Shown here: positions 1 to 13,300 of the stretch, one piece after another
How the letters are laid out: each line of letters starts with the position of its first letter
Position numbering within the stretch: position 1 is the first letter of the stretch
IMG/VR virus record: IMGVR_UViG_3300026258_000271
Span: 64,001-128,000 of that record
Strand: one strand, 5' to 3'
Source: a virus
Taxonomy: Duplodnaviria > Caudoviricetes
DNA length: 64,000 bases
Program-made: the position numbers and the translations under genes
The notes under the pieces: generated by a model
Seen by the model: only the letters and a program-made list of their open reading frames with translations
The model's database searches: none
What the model was told of the DNA's origin: nothing

Positions 1-402
1 TGTATTGATCACTATACTGAAACTTTTTTCTGATATATTTAGGTCCTTGATGTCTTTCTCAACAAACTCAACACTTGGAAACAACATCCTGCCCACCTGT
101 CCGGCGTATGGATCAAAATCATATGAATAGATATTCCTAATGGGTTTTAAAGAAAAATGATCTGACACTATCTTGGCCATCAAACCATACCAACCTCCTA
201 GGATTGCAATGTCTATGCTGTCTTTTGTTTTCATTTTGAAGTGATAAGGGTATTGATTCAAGCAATCGATCAACCAAGTCTTACAATCAAACTGATTTTG
301 ATTGAAACAGTCCAAGACGTCTATAAGTCTGCCTGGAAATTTATTGGCTATCTTCTTGATATTTTTATAGATATCAATTATTTGCTGGTTGTACTTGTTC
401 AT
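1..402 (-). CDS. Class I SAM-dependent methyltransferase-like protein, 3' end outside window
   Basis: Not in ORF track. Hand-translated from ATG at 402: MNKYNQQII...IDIAILGGWYGLMA...YSYDFDP...IVINT, open to base 1. Glycine-rich motif I followed by an acidic motif II. Confidence 0.65.
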   Translation of the reverse strand, partial: MNKYNQQIIDIYKNIKKIANKFPGRLIDVLDCFNQNQFDCKTWLIDCLNQYPYHFKMKTKDSIDIAILGGWYGLMAKIVSDHFSLKPIRNIYSYDFDPYAGQVGRMLFPSVEFVEKDIKDLNISEKSFSIVINT

Positions 403-964
403 ACTTGCCATTATACAACACAATAGCACTATTATCAATGTTTTCTAACCAACTGGTAATATTATTTGTCTTGATAAGTTGGTAATCTACCTCTTCGTTG
501 TATATGAATCTATCTATTCCTGAATAAAGCCTCAAATACATGTCTCTGTGCTTCATAAACTTTTCAAATACATGTGAATGATTGCTCCAACGCATGATAC
601 TGGAATTCACCATGGTGTTTTGTGTGATCCTGAATACGTAATCGTCCTTTACACCTTTCCAAGGAGTGCTATCTATGAGAGAAAAGTTTTGAAAGTCTTC
701 ACACAAGAAATCAATGTTGGAATTTATTTTGATGTCTAGATCAAAGAAAAGACTATCGCCTTTGTTTTCTAGCAGAGCGAGTTTGTGCCAGACACCACGC
801 AGGTATGAATATTTTACAGGTAAATCATAATCATATTCGGGTGTGTCGGTGTAACAAACAAATTTGTGAGGCACAGTTAGATTTTTTGCTATCGACTCTT
901 TCAGTTCCTCGACAAAATGCCTAGGGTATTTGTCTCCCCATCTAACGCAATATACTGTTAACAT
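374..964 (-). CDS. Glycosyltransferase (GT-A fold, GT8-like)
   Basis: N-terminal CVRWGDKY, FVCYTD, WHKL, DxD motif FFDLD and NSSIMRW. Confidence 0.7.
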   Translation of the reverse strand: MLTVYCVRWGDKYPRHFVEELKESIAKNLTVPHKFVCYTDTPEYDYDLPVKYSYLRGVWHKLALLENKGDSLFFDLDIKINSNIDFLCEDFQNFSLIDSTPWKGVKDDYVFRITQNTMVNSSIMRWSNHSHVFEKFMKHRDMYLRLYSGIDRFIYNEEVDYQLIKTNNITSWLENIDNSAIVLYNGKYEQVQPANN

Positions 965-1440
965 TATTTGTTTTGTTTTTGTACAATGTCCGTATAGGCC
1001 AACAACACCTCAAGTGGCGTTTTTGCCTGACGAATTTTCTTCTTGTCTTCGTTTCCGTTGTAGTCCTTAACTATATCTTTGTCAAAAACTTTCAGTTTCA
1101 GGTTGAACAGTTGCTCAGCATGTTCTTTTTCACTGTAATTCAATACAAAGTCGATAACACTATCGAAACTACGCATTGGACTGTCTTCCATTTTGATTTT
1201 CATTCTCGCATCAACTACCCTGTTCAATTGATTCAATGCTTGTTTGTTTCTGGCAACAGTTGAATCTGCTATTTTGGCCAACGGATACTCCTCAACAAGA
1301 TCTCTGAAATCATTGTGTGTCATGTCGACTGGCAGGTAATGATTGATTGCACGTTTGCCATCTTGATATATGACCTCTACTGTCGTGTTGTCAGGATCCG
1401 TGTAGTATGCTTCTATTATCTTTCCTGAAAATATTGCCAT
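964..1440 (-). CDS. Hypothetical protein
   Basis: 158 aa ORF, AGGAG RBS upstream, stop/start overlap with the next gene. Confidence 0.7.
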   Translation of the reverse strand: MAIFSGKIIEAYYTDPDNTTVEVIYQDGKRAINHYLPVDMTHNDFRDLVEEYPLAKIADSTVARNKQALNQLNRVVDARMKIKMEDSPMRSFDSVIDFVLNYSEKEHAEQLFNLKLKVFDKDIVKDYNGNEDKKKIRQAKTPLEVLLAYTDIVQKQNK

Positions 1441-1451
1441 TTTTATTTCTC

Positions 1452-2387
1452 CTATGATTTCTGTATTTTAAACGAATATGTGTTAACTGTCGACGGTGTT
1501 CCGTCTGGAAATTCCTGTGCTCGGTAATCACTGCCACTGACAAATCTGGTTTGATAATTTCCACTTCCACCAGTCAATTGTGTGTTAACAATGGCTGATC
1601 CTCTCAAATTACCAATACTGCCATCAATGTTATATGAAATTTGGTTTCCGGCTGAGTTGTTGACCACATGATGCCTAATGTATTCTTGCATTAATGCACC
1701 TATATTTGCTGTGGAATACTGTTGTAGGTCATTATTTGAATCTATTTGCAATGGAGGATTGAATGTTCCAAGCACTCCGTCTATACGATGTAGATAATAG
1801 TTGGTAATCGTCTGTGGTTGATCCAATGCTTCACCTATGGCATCTGCCGAATACAATGATGTGTCTGCCCTTGTGTCTGTAAACACTGGTGTAGACGAAA
1901 CTAATGTGGATCCTGTCACGGAATCTGATGTTGCAATATGATATGTTCCTGCCTGGTCCGATGTTGTTGTGGCCGCCGCCAAAAGATTGATTGCTGGAAG
2001 TATAAAAGTGTCAACAAAATCTGTTTCCGTCATTGCCCTGATTTGAGTTCCTGTCCAGTACACTGGAAATGTTTTGCCTGTGTCTGATGTTGTTACGTTT
2101 GCGGTCTGTGCCGCTTGTGTAATCCTCTGGTATGATACTGTGACAACGCTTGGCTCTGCAGTTGTTGCCTCACTGGGGAAACTGCCTGATGCCGTTGATG
2201 CCGCACCTGCCTGCAATCTGGTGTCATCTATCGAAGTTAGATTTCCACCTGACCCTGCCACTGTCAATACTCTCGATGGATTCAATGAATAATAGTAAAC
2301 TGCTAAGGAATAAAGATTGTTTAAATCAGTTGTTTTTGCCTGTTGGAGTTGGGATCCATTGTATAATAGGGGTACTCTGACAGTCAT
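1452..2387 (-). CDS. Virion structural protein (tail fibre/baseplate associated)
   Basis: 311 aa, T/S/G/A-rich, directly abuts the upstream fibre gene in the baseplate operon. Confidence 0.55.
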   Translation of the reverse strand: MTVRVPLLYNGSQLQQAKTTDLNNLYSLAVYYYSLNPSRVLTVAGSGGNLTSIDDTRLQAGAASTASGSFPSEATTAEPSVVTVSYQRITQAAQTANVTTSDTGKTFPVYWTGTQIRAMTETDFVDTFILPAINLLAAATTTSDQAGTYHIATSDSVTGSTLVSSTPVFTDTRADTSLYSADAIGEALDQPQTITNYYLHRIDGVLGTFNPPLQIDSNNDLQQYSTANIGALMQEYIRHHVVNNSAGNQISYNIDGSIGNLRGSAIVNTQLTGGSGNYQTRFVSGSDYRAQEFPDGTPSTVNTYSFKIQKS

Positions 2388-3605
2388 CTACGCTCCTGCG
2401 CCGTTGATGGTCTTTAATACGCTCCCTGAACTACTTAAAATTTGTAGTGATGTTGGTGTAGCCATCATGGCCGCTGTTACAGTGCCAGAATCACCTGTTG
2501 TTACAACCGATCCTGTTACGTTAGGAATAGTGATTGTTCTGTCGGCTGTTGGATTTGCAACTGTTAAAGTTGTTTCGAATCCATCATCGGTAGAACCTTC
2601 AAAAATAATTGTGCCATTCTGAGTGATCTCTATGCCTGATGTTGTAACTGCACCAGTTATTGGGCCAGTGAACGCTGTGGCATTTACAGTGCCCGACACA
2701 TCAAGTTTAGTAGAAGGTGATGTTGTGCCTATACCTATTCTTGATTCAGCACCATCTATTGTCATTACCGTAGTTGTTGCGCCACCATCGTTGACTTTGA
2801 ATGTGATATCAGTATTTTGTATTGTGTTTGCCACATTTATTCCTGAGCCATCCACTGTTATTGACAAGTCGTTGTCAGCACCAACGGTCATACCAGAATC
2901 TGTTACAATACCTATTGTGCCTGTTGTGGTGTCATTGGCATCTGATCTCAGGAAAGACGCCGCAGAAATGCCACCAAGTTTGTCGGCATCTGTTGATGTT
3001 CCGTGTAATTTAATCCCAGACGGTGATGTTGTTAATGTGATTCCTTTGAACACTGTTGGAAAACCTGCGATTGTGGTCTGTGGTGTGAATTCCGTATCTG
3101 AAACAATGGCAATTAAAGTGCCATCACTGTACCATTTCGTAATTGGTTGGCTGGCAGTAGTCGAATCTGTTACATTTTCAAAAATAAAACCATTGAGTGA
3201 TCCTGTTGAAGCAGGGGGACCTACTAAAACACTCTGAGAGCCATCATAGTAATACAGTTGTCCTGTATCCGAGTCAATCCAAAGGTCACCTTGTTGAATC
3301 GCTGTTGGCTGTGTGGACTGATAGGGTACGTTACCTCCCGCTGGAACAAAAGCAGTTCCTGTGTATACCTTTAACCTGTTCCCTGCCGAGTCATAGTACA
3401 GTTGTCCTTGTATAGGTTTTGTTGGTGCCGTTGGACCCGAAAAATTTTCTAATAGGTGTAAGAAATTTTCTGCTATCAGTTCTCCATAACCTGCGTAGCC
3501 TTTTCCGATAAAACTTAAATCTGTTTGTGTGTTTACAACACCATCTTGCACTATGTACTGGTTTGGTGATGCAGAACTGTTAGTCTTGTTTACTGTATAT
3601 GCCAT
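2388..3605 (-). CDS. Tail fibre / baseplate-fibre connector protein
   Basis: MAYTVNK...IGKGYAGYGE..ENFLHLLENFS..GQLYYD N-terminus typical of large-myovirus fibre proteins; IGIGTTSPSTKLDVSG fibre repeat. Confidence 0.7.
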   Translation of the reverse strand: MAYTVNKTNSSASPNQYIVQDGVVNTQTDLSFIGKGYAGYGELIAENFLHLLENFSGPTAPTKPIQGQLYYDSAGNRLKVYTGTAFVPAGGNVPYQSTQPTAIQQGDLWIDSDTGQLYYYDGSQSVLVGPPASTGSLNGFIFENVTDSTTASQPITKWYSDGTLIAIVSDTEFTPQTTIAGFPTVFKGITLTTSPSGIKLHGTSTDADKLGGISAASFLRSDANDTTTGTIGIVTDSGMTVGADNDLSITVDGSGINVANTIQNTDITFKVNDGGATTTVMTIDGAESRIGIGTTSPSTKLDVSGTVNATAFTGPITGAVTTSGIEITQNGTIIFEGSTDDGFETTLTVANPTADRTITIPNVTGSVVTTGDSGTVTAAMMATPTSLQILSSSGSVLKTINGAGA

Positions 3606-3608
3606 CTA

Positions 3609-4334
3609 TTAGTATCCTGTGTTACCGCCTGAAGTTGTACCACTAACTGTGTTAGAAGTTGTCAAGTTAGTTGAACTTGTTTCAGTAAATGTAGTTAAAC
3701 TTTGAATTCTAAGTGTGTAATCGATCTGGATTAATCTGTTCAACGACTTCTGAACCGGGTGGAATACAACGTGTGTCAATAATTTGTTTGTGCCACCATT
3801 CTCAGAACCTTCCCATGATTTCAAACCTAGTTCATCGAACACATAGTCACCATTGAAATTTGTTGTGTTGTCAAATGACTCCTGTCCTGTTGGCTCACCA
3901 TAATCAAGTGTGCAAGTGCAAACTATATCTGTGTACTTGTTTCCTGTGGTGTGTCTCACTTCCATCTTGTTTCTTGATGTGTCTTTGTTGGTTGTTGAGT
4001 TGTCATCTATAACTTTGTAATATGTCTGATTGTAAAGTGTTGAATTTGTTCCTGTCGTGTTAGGAGTAAGATATGTGATAATACCTGTTGGGTCTACACT
4101 TGTTCCACCGTTTCCAAATGCCATCTCATGTATGAAGCCTGTCGATTTGTTTGCTAATGAATTTGCCATTGCCTGAGACATGTTTTCGTAGTGTATTGCG
4201 TTTCTTTTATCAACAATCACTTCGCCCGTTTCAGGATCGAAAATCTTTATGTGTCCCTGCATCATCACTCCTGTGTGATCTTGCGGCTTCTTATGCTCTT
4301 CTTGTGCTTCTGTAGGTTTGTTGTCCTGTGTCAT
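3609..4334 (-). CDS. Baseplate-associated structural protein
   Basis: GHIKIFDP..NAIHYEN..FDELGL..LTHVVFHPVQKSLNRLIQIDYTLRI; position directly after the giant baseplate gene. Confidence 0.6.
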   Translation of the reverse strand: MTQDNKPTEAQEEHKKPQDHTGVMMQGHIKIFDPETGEVIVDKRNAIHYENMSQAMANSLANKSTGFIHEMAFGNGGTSVDPTGIITYLTPNTTGTNSTLYNQTYYKVIDDNSTTNKDTSRNKMEVRHTTGNKYTDIVCTCTLDYGEPTGQESFDNTTNFNGDYVFDELGLKSWEGSENGGTNKLLTHVVFHPVQKSLNRLIQIDYTLRIQSLTTFTETSSTNLTTSNTVSGTTSGGNTGY

Positions 4335-4343
4335 CTAGTGTAT

Positions 4344-7300
4344 TTATTCAGGTGAGTTTGTCGGCTCGTCCGCTATGAATTTAGCCTGTTGAGTGGTAGA
4401 CCCTTGTAGACCTTTACCATCAGCAGGATTACCATCGGCCGGTGTAGTCCATACCTGTCCTCTCTTGTGTAGTATTTTGATCTGTGTGGAAATAGCCGGT
4501 ACACTGCTCAAAGTAACCGATGGTGTACTTCCGTCCACAGAATAGTTAATAGTTGACCCGTCCTCACTCTCGTATAACAATCGTTGGCCACCAATGAATA
4601 TGTCTACGTCGGGTTTCCCCGTATGCTGAGATACGGACGGGACCTGTGATATCGTGAACGTTGCTGTACTTCCGTCACTAATGAAAGTGTTGGTGTACAC
4701 AGTGTCCACATAAGGTATGGTTTGAGTACCAGACGCATCTACCACTTTAGCGCCTGATCCATGGTCCTTAATTCCTGTTCCAAGTGTGCCACGTTGTAAT
4801 TGACCTAACGTGTTTCCTGACTTGGTAAAATATTCAATTCTTTCTTTATCAACGAATACCACTCCTGGTATTATTGTTGACACTGTTGATCCATCTAGGC
4901 CAACCACCGGTTGTGGATTAGCCAATGCCGAACCGTTTGCGACTTTGATTTCTGTGTCATCTGTCGCCAATGTCTCTACAAGTTCTGTTGTGTGTGCCTT
5001 GCTTATTCTCTTATAGAATGTTCTGTTCATCATGTCTTTGAAAATTCTATAACCAACAGCATCGGCAATAGTTGGAAGAGCAAAGTATAGAATGTCTAAT
5101 CTATCTGCCTGTGTCATTGTTCTTCCAATCACAGTGATTGTATTTCCTGATAAAGTGAAATCATGATTTTGTACCAGACTTTGTCCATTCAGCCAAACAT
5201 ACATGTATGTTGAATTTGATGGAGTAAAGTAAGTTTTATACACACCATCTGATCTTCCTTCTAGTACTTCTCTTCTCAGGTTCATACCAATTGCATTATT
5301 GAACGTTGTCACTGCCATCTTATCGTTGATATTAAGAGTGTATCCATCTGATGCGATCTGTGATGTGTTAAGCACCAACCTGTTACTTTCATCAATGCTA
5401 TAATGATGATCGACGAGAGTGGTTATACTGATCATTTGATCTGCTGTTGGTACCTTACCTGATACGAAATTTATATTTTGATTGACGAGATCGACCGTGT
5501 AATCTGTTGTCAATGTTTTTATAGATCCATTTACATGAACTTCAACTTGATCTGCTGATGTAATTGTTTTGGCCGGATCCACCGTTGAGTCATCTAATAA
5601 TCCGTTGGTCACTCCATAAGTGTATGTGCTTCCGTCACCATTGTAGTAAGTGGTGTCTGGCGCTCTCAACATTTTGCCATTTACTTCCACCAATGTCAGT
5701 CCTGTAAACGGTCGAATTGCTCCTGGTGGGTAAGTCAGCACATGAGTAGTTGAACCATCATAGGTTATCTCCTCATTCCTCATCCTCATATGGCTTCTTC
5801 CTGTGAATGTGTCTGTTCCCCTCATGAATCCTGCTACCTGTATGAATGCTCCTGATGAAGGTGCCGAGTTGAAAGTCAAAACCAAAGTGTTTCCAATTTT
5901 AGTTGTTGAAAGATCTCCAAACTCAGGTGTAGTGGTTGTTGTTGTAAAAGCAGTTGTAGGTACACCGTCTATGGTGACGTACAACTCTGCTAGAGTTGAA
6001 TCTAAATTGAAATCTTCTCTTGACGAAGAAGTAAACTGTGTTGTGGAACCATCTCCAGAAAACTGATCTAAAACTGCAAAATCTCTTCCTGATATTGCAA
6101 AAGTTTTTGTGGCAATCACACTGAGTGGATCTGGTGCAGTGGTAAATGTTATTGTTTTTGCACCAACATCAACTGTGTAATCGGTAGTTAATTTTTTCAC
6201 CACACCATCAACCGACACTGTAATCGAACCAATTGTCCCAGGATGGTCACCTATGCCGAAAGTTGTTGTGGTTCCATCTCCTCTGTAAATTCTATCTGAA
6301 ATGTAAGGTGCGCCTGAAGTAGGAGTGGTGTAAACTTTGATATCCAATGTGTCGAATATCTGTCCTGGAACAACTTCTTCTGGTGCATAACTTGTTGTAG
6401 AAGATATAAATTCGTCACCATCGACATTAATGTCGCTTGGTGCTGAACCAAGTGCTGAGCCGTAAAGTCCATCTTTTGTGAATAATCCACCTTTTACAAT
6501 TGAATCTAGTGTTCTGTCATCTGTTGGTGTCAACACTCCATCGTCATCTGCCGGAATGAACTCTACTAAGGCATTTGCATTTTGGCTTTCACTCAATACA
6601 AAAGTGGTTGTGCTTCCATCTCCTGTGAACACATCAGAAAGTTTTCTACGTGTACTATCATTCTCTGAAACGTACACATGATATACCTCACCCGAAGCAG
6701 GTGCAGTGTCGAAAGTGTAGGATTTGGTTGTACCGTCAGCCAGGAATGGTACTGTTCTTGACAGTCCATAGTTATCCCATGGATAATCATACCATGCGGA
6801 GTTATCCCATCCTTGACTTTGATTAAACAATAATCCTGTTACCATTGTACCACCATAGTCAACACCCGACATAACCTGTGAAAGTTCGTTGCCTGGCATT
6901 CCCGAAGTTGGTGTATAGAAACCTAATATTCTGTCAGCGGCTGTAAGTCCTGACTCATCACCATAGTATTTGTACATACTGTTAATGCCGTCATCGAAAT
7001 CCGTAGTTGATGTGAATTCATTTGTAACTTTGTATAGTTGATTCTCGTATCTCAATAATGTGCCGTATTTGTATGTTGTATTAGCCGCCCAGTGTACCAC
7101 AGTAGATGAACTAGATATCCTGTCAAATTTTATCGTTGTATCAAAATCTCTTACCAAATCATTGTTTAGGTTCACATACGCCTTGGCAACGTCTGTTGGT
7201 GTTGAACCATCTGCAAGTCCGCCTGTGATTGTTATGGTAGGAGTTGTGGAATATCCAAAGCCAACACCAGTGACAGTTATGCCTGTAACTTTGCCACCGT

Positions 7301-10300
7301 CGATTGTTGCGGTTGCGGTTGCTGATACGCTGTCATCGCCTGTTATCGTTACTGTGGGTACCCTGACATAGCCTGAACCACCATGATATACAGTTATTGA
7401 TTTCGCATGTTTCTTGTGATAGTCGTACCATAGTTGCCATGGATACTGTGTAAGTTTATCAGTGTCAGTTTGAACATTCAATCTTCTAATCTTGCTAACG
7501 GAAGCGTCGTAGAAAGGTGGATTGTCAAAGTCTGTGATCACACCATCGTGTTGTTCAGGTGCATTGTATCCTAGTTTGTATTCACGTAGTTTAGTATGGA
7601 ACGGTTTGACTTCATTTATGTAGTCTTCGATCCAACTGTCAGTGCCTGTGGTATATGTTTTCCTTTGGCTGAAAGTCCTAACTTTGTTGACGGCTGTGAT
7701 GAAACTTGTTTTGAACATCCAATCAACATACGATTGTTCAGATAACACTCTTCGTAATCCTGTAAAGAACAATGTGTTGTATTCCACAGCGAGATCATTT
7801 ATGAATAAGTCATCTCTCAATGCTGTCAATATTTTTCTTGTTTCTTCAACCGGTTCTTGGTCAAAAGTGTTGTCATCGAAATTATCTCCACCTGCAAATC
7901 CTGTTCCGTCTTGCGTGTAGTCATAGAGTTTGGTTGACAATCTGATTGTACCGTTTTCAGTACCAACATTGGTCCATCCTGTTGCAGTCTTCATAAACAG
8001 TTTCCAACCACCCGTGTCTGCGTTTGTTACTTTCACGTGTTTGCCAATGGCCATATCTAATGTGTCTAACTCGTATTGGAAAGTAACCTGTTTGTCAATA
8101 GGTGTATTTTCATCATGTATCATTTCATGCACGTCAGGATCAGTGCCATACCAGTCAGTGTAACTCCAGTATCGTGATGTGTTGTAAGTTTGGATTCTAG
8201 TTCTGTTCCACGAAGTGCCATCCCATTGGTATATAGACCAATAGTTGTTTGCAGTTTCGTCCGCTTTTACCAGATAATTCACAGTGCCTGATATGTCGGC
8301 AGTGTTGATGTAACTTAGATCTGCGTATGTGTCTACTGTCGCATCGAACTCACCACTTGCTGTTGTCGGTTCAGGTTCTTTTGAATCTAGGTTCCCTAAT
8401 TTAATCAATCCAGACAATTGGTTTTTCTTGAGCACTGTATTTGCATAATCTATCAATTCTTTGAGAGCGGTGTATCTGTCAAGATACCAACTTTGCCTTG
8501 GTCTAATTCTGTTTCCATATCTTTGATTCAAAGGTAAATCGATATCAGGAACGGCATCGCCGGCTGTATTTTTTCCTACTAGAGAATCCCACCAACCTTG
8601 TTCTATCTGAGTGCTTGGTCTAAAGTCCGGATCTCCTTCACGTACAAGTTTCCACACACTGTGGCCCTGCCCATCAAAATTATTTGTTCTTACATCAACA
8701 TTTAACACAATAGAATCATTTATTAGATCATTGACACCATATATGTAAAACTTATTGGTATCTGTTATTGCAAAATGCTTGATATCCACCGCTTTAGGAT
8801 CTTTTATTGCATTAGAAACAAAAGCAGATGTATTCTTTCTTTGAACCACAGTATTCCGAGGTATTGATGATCTGTTTTTTACCCAGTAATAGAAGTAACT
8901 TACAAACGTATCAATCTTGGAATTGTAAATTTGTGTTTGCGTGAAATCTGTATTAGCAATACCTGTGACTTCATTGGCAAGTCCTTGTTGTGTACCTGAT
9001 AGATCATTCCATTCGTCTGGTGTTAAAGTTGATTCTGTCCACTCATATATGTCAATGCTGGAACCTGGAAAAATCTTACCCCAGTTGTTGTATTTGTATT
9101 CTTGATCGTCCTGTTCATACCATATCCATTTGACCGTAGACAGGTCCCACCAAACTTCTCCAATGTGATTTTCTGCCCATGGTGTTTTTGTGTTAGCATT
9201 ATTGCCTGTGTTGTACACAGCCGGATCCCATGGTGACTTGATGTTTATTTCTCTATCCGCGACTCCAAGGATTCTCCCTTTGACTGGATCATAAAGATCA
9301 TAGTAATCTCTTATTTGTTTAGTGCTGTTGTTGAAATCAAAAACCTGTCCAAGTTTTTCAATATCTATTAATGCAGTTTCTGTTGTGATGTTCTTCCACG
9401 CATATTCATTTTCAACTGTACAATCATACCCATACACTGTTCCATCGTTGGTCAAGTTTGGATTGCCTTCGTCAAATGGTGCACCAACAAACACGTTATT
9501 ATCGATTATGCACACACCTTTTCCAAAGTCATCGAAAGATGAAACTTCGTCTGATATCAACTTGTCATCTAAAACAAATTTAGTGTTGTACACTGTTGCT
9601 GTGTAGGCCGCCCCCGATCCGGCATTGGTGTCTACAATTCTTGTATCTTGTAGGTCGAATGTAGTTTCACCTGAGTCGAATTTCATTTCTCTGGAGTTTG
9701 AAGATTTCTCTGCACCAATTATAAGTCTTGTTCCCGCTTGGTTTATCGAAAGTGCTGAACCAAATTTTCCTTCTGATACTTCATCTGGTTCATTAATCGT
9801 TTGATCCAAAGTGTAAGTGTTTGTAGAACCGTCCCTGTTCCATTTGTAGATGTAAACCGCACCCCTATCAGGTGAATCTGTTAAATCCAACCCAGGTGCA
9901 CCAATTACAAGCGTTGTTCCATCTTTGCTCATTGCTATGGAATCACCAAATTTTGTATTCAAAGTAGATCCATCTAATGGCACACCTGTAAGTGTTTGTG
10001 CTAGTGCAAAAGAGTTCTGTGTGCTACCATCGTCGCTTTGCGATGTTCTTATGAATATTTCTACCTTACCTGCCTGTCCTGGAGCCAATGAACTCACAGC
10101 AAGTATGTCCGCATTATCGTTTGCTTCTAATCTATGACCGAACCTGTGACCTTCGCCTGCAGATGGAGCCTCTAACGTGTAGTCTAAAGTCCATGTGTCG
10201 TATGTACTTCCGTCAGCACCAATTCCCCATGTGTAAACATAAACTCTTCCATTATCGCCTGCGTGTCCCGGAGCGGAAACAAACAAGTATTTTGTTGCCG

Positions 10301-13300
10301 TGTCTCTTTTTGAAAGCACTCCAGGTTCAGATATCTTGTGTGCCCATCCAAAATTTAGATTCTCATTAGATGATGACCCGTCTGTTGGTGGATTGACTGT
10401 TCCTAGTAAGCCATATTTGAAAGTTGCTGGATCCCAAACAAAAGTTTTAACCAGTCCAGAATCAATCTGTCTTGTGCTTCCATCAGAATCTACGGTATTT
10501 GTATAAGGTGCACCCGCCACAACAAAGTTCTCATCAGTACTGATCGATAACGATTCTCCAAGCCTGCTGGTGTTGTCGTCGTTGTCGGTCATTGTCACTG
10601 TGGACTGCACCGAATATGTCGTGCCTGCTGAATGACTTGATCTAAACAGGAAGTGTAGTTCTCCCTGGCCTTTTCCCGGCGCAGATATTACTGCTGACCT
10701 ACCATCATTTCTTGCAACGATCTTGTGTCCAAACTCTTGATTTGACGTTGCCGAATCTGGTGTCAGTATACGTAACTGTGTATAGGGATCTTGTTTTTCG
10801 TATACACGCCATAAGCCTGAACTGTCAGCATCGGTGTATGCCTTATCGCCCTGCACTGCTAGTGAATCATTTTTATCTCTGAATACACTGTAATTTAATC
10901 TATCATTTACATTATCCATCGAAGACATCCTTACAGAAATAAATTTGTAGATGTTTCCGTAACTGTCTGCTGTGGAACCGTCTACCAACGTTGGTATAAA
11001 CGATATGTTATCATCATATTCTATCTCAACTGTCTTGTGGTCAGGTGTGCTTTGTACTTTGAAAACTCTATTCAAAGATGTTGCTTCACTGTTTGAGATT
11101 GCAAAATAATCTGCTTCTTGGCTTGGTGTGCCTGCGGACAATCCATGAGAGTCTGTGAAGGCAATTCTCAACTGTGTGCCACCTTCTGACGTGCTTAGGT
11201 TAGCAATCTTAAAGTTTGCATTCGTTAGTCTGAATACGTCCCAATCTTTGTTCTCTTTGTTTGCAACCCATATCAAATCATTGTTTGTGATTGCATTCAC
11301 ATCCAAATTCAATAGGTCTTCGATGTTAAATGCTGTGTGCTGAACCTGTTGCAACTGCGGATAGCCTGCAGTCTTGAATATCTGTGCAGTATCTTTATCT
11401 ACACTTTCTTTGGTATAATCCAATCTTGAAAACGTCGAACTGGCTGTGTATTCCACAGGTTTACTGTAAAGGTCATCTTTCGTTACTGCAAGTGACCTCC
11501 CGTACTGTTTGGTCTCAGATCCATTGTCCAACAACTCTATGCTTTGTGGATTTCCGTTCACCGCTGAATCTTGTAATGTAATCTGTATGCTTTCCTTACT
11601 GTCAACATTTCCAAACTCTCCGGTACGAACCATCCATTCAGGATAAAGGTCTAATGTAATGTCGGAATCTTCATATTTTGCCTTTAATAATTTGTCAATT
11701 GCATTCAATGTACCTTTTTGTCTGATGTACCCTTGATAGAACTTGTACTGTGATACATCATTCACAAACAAGTTTTCTAGATAATCTCTAGATTGATATC
11801 CTGTAAGTCTCTGTGCCAATTGCTCTTGTGATTCATCAAAATTGTTAGATTCTAGATCATAAAAAGTATTGAACTGAGAAATCTTGTAGTCAAAGTTTGG
11901 AATCAATTGAGGCGCTGGTTTTTGACTCTTCAATGTCCAGTAGTCTGAAACAAATTCATTTCCTGAATTGTGATTGACATTAGCCACATAAAACTTGGCT
12001 TGATATTCTATCGAGTCCCCAATTCTGTAGTCCGTGCCTGTGGTCCAACGTGTTACCTGTGCCGCATCAAAAATAAATCCTGGTGCATAGTAATCACCAT
12101 TCCAGTTGCCCGTTTTCCAACCCACTAATTTTAATCTGGCCTGTCTGAATCCTGTGTATGCCTCGTAGATTATGTCTGAAAACACAGTGCTGTTATCAAA
12201 TAATAAAATATGTTCTTTCTGGACTGTGTTCAAAGCAACATTGTATAGTCCGACATCTTCGGATTTAATCGATAGATCAAAAGTTTTTCCAATACGCTTG
12301 GTACTGAACTCCCGTATATCTATCTTTCTACCTCCGGCATCTAGCAATGAATAATCGCCTGCAAGGTTTCTTAATTTACCCACAACAGTGTTGCTGGTGT
12401 CTAATTCAAATCCGTCCGCGGCAGGTGATACTGTGATTGCAGATCCGGGTGCCCATGTTTGTGTGGTCCAAAATAAAAATTCACGTACAGCGTTGCCCCA
12501 ATTCAACACCTCTTTTATCTCGTTTGAATACTTGTTGAATTTGAATCCTTGTGTTTCTAGATAGTTGCCATAACCGAAAAGGAAATCTGCAACATCTTGT
12601 ATTGTGTCAAACACGTAGCCATATGGTATAGTCTGCACAGTTTCCTGGAAGTTCGAATATTTTTTGACAACAGTGGAACCTCCCGCCTGGACTTTTCCAT
12701 GGTTTGTCCCTTTTACGGGATAATTGAATCTAAAGTAAGGCTTTGTTGTTGAATAACCTAAAATTTTGTAACCACCAACGTCAGTCACTGTTGATCCGTC
12801 CGTTGATGTTGTTGTGTCTGTGTTCTTTTCTATCAAAACACCTGAATATTCAAAACTTTCGACTGGGTTTGAGGTTCTAAATAGAATTTTGTAGTTCTCG
12901 TCTGGTATAAATTTAGAGCCAGATGTTGAACCTGGTGATACAGAGTCTGTAAGAACTTTTAAATTTTCCTTGTCCGTGAATCCACCTAACTTGTACGCTA
13001 GTTGCACATTCAATTTTTTCATCTTATCATAGTAGAAAGTTTTAGGATCTAAATTTTTTCCTATCAAATGATTAACAACAAAAACCTGATACCCTGCTGT
13101 TTGGTATCTAGTTGTGATGCCGGTATTATTGTCAGTCGATGTTTCTAGGTAATACTTGGCAGTGTTCAAAACAGTCCTAATTCCAGTATCAGAATAAATC
13201 TCATTGCCTGACACGTTTGTTGAGATCCTTGATGTGTCAAAGAATTTAGAGAAAAATTTTGCTGGTTTTGTTATTGCCAAAGTCTTGACAACAGTGAAAG

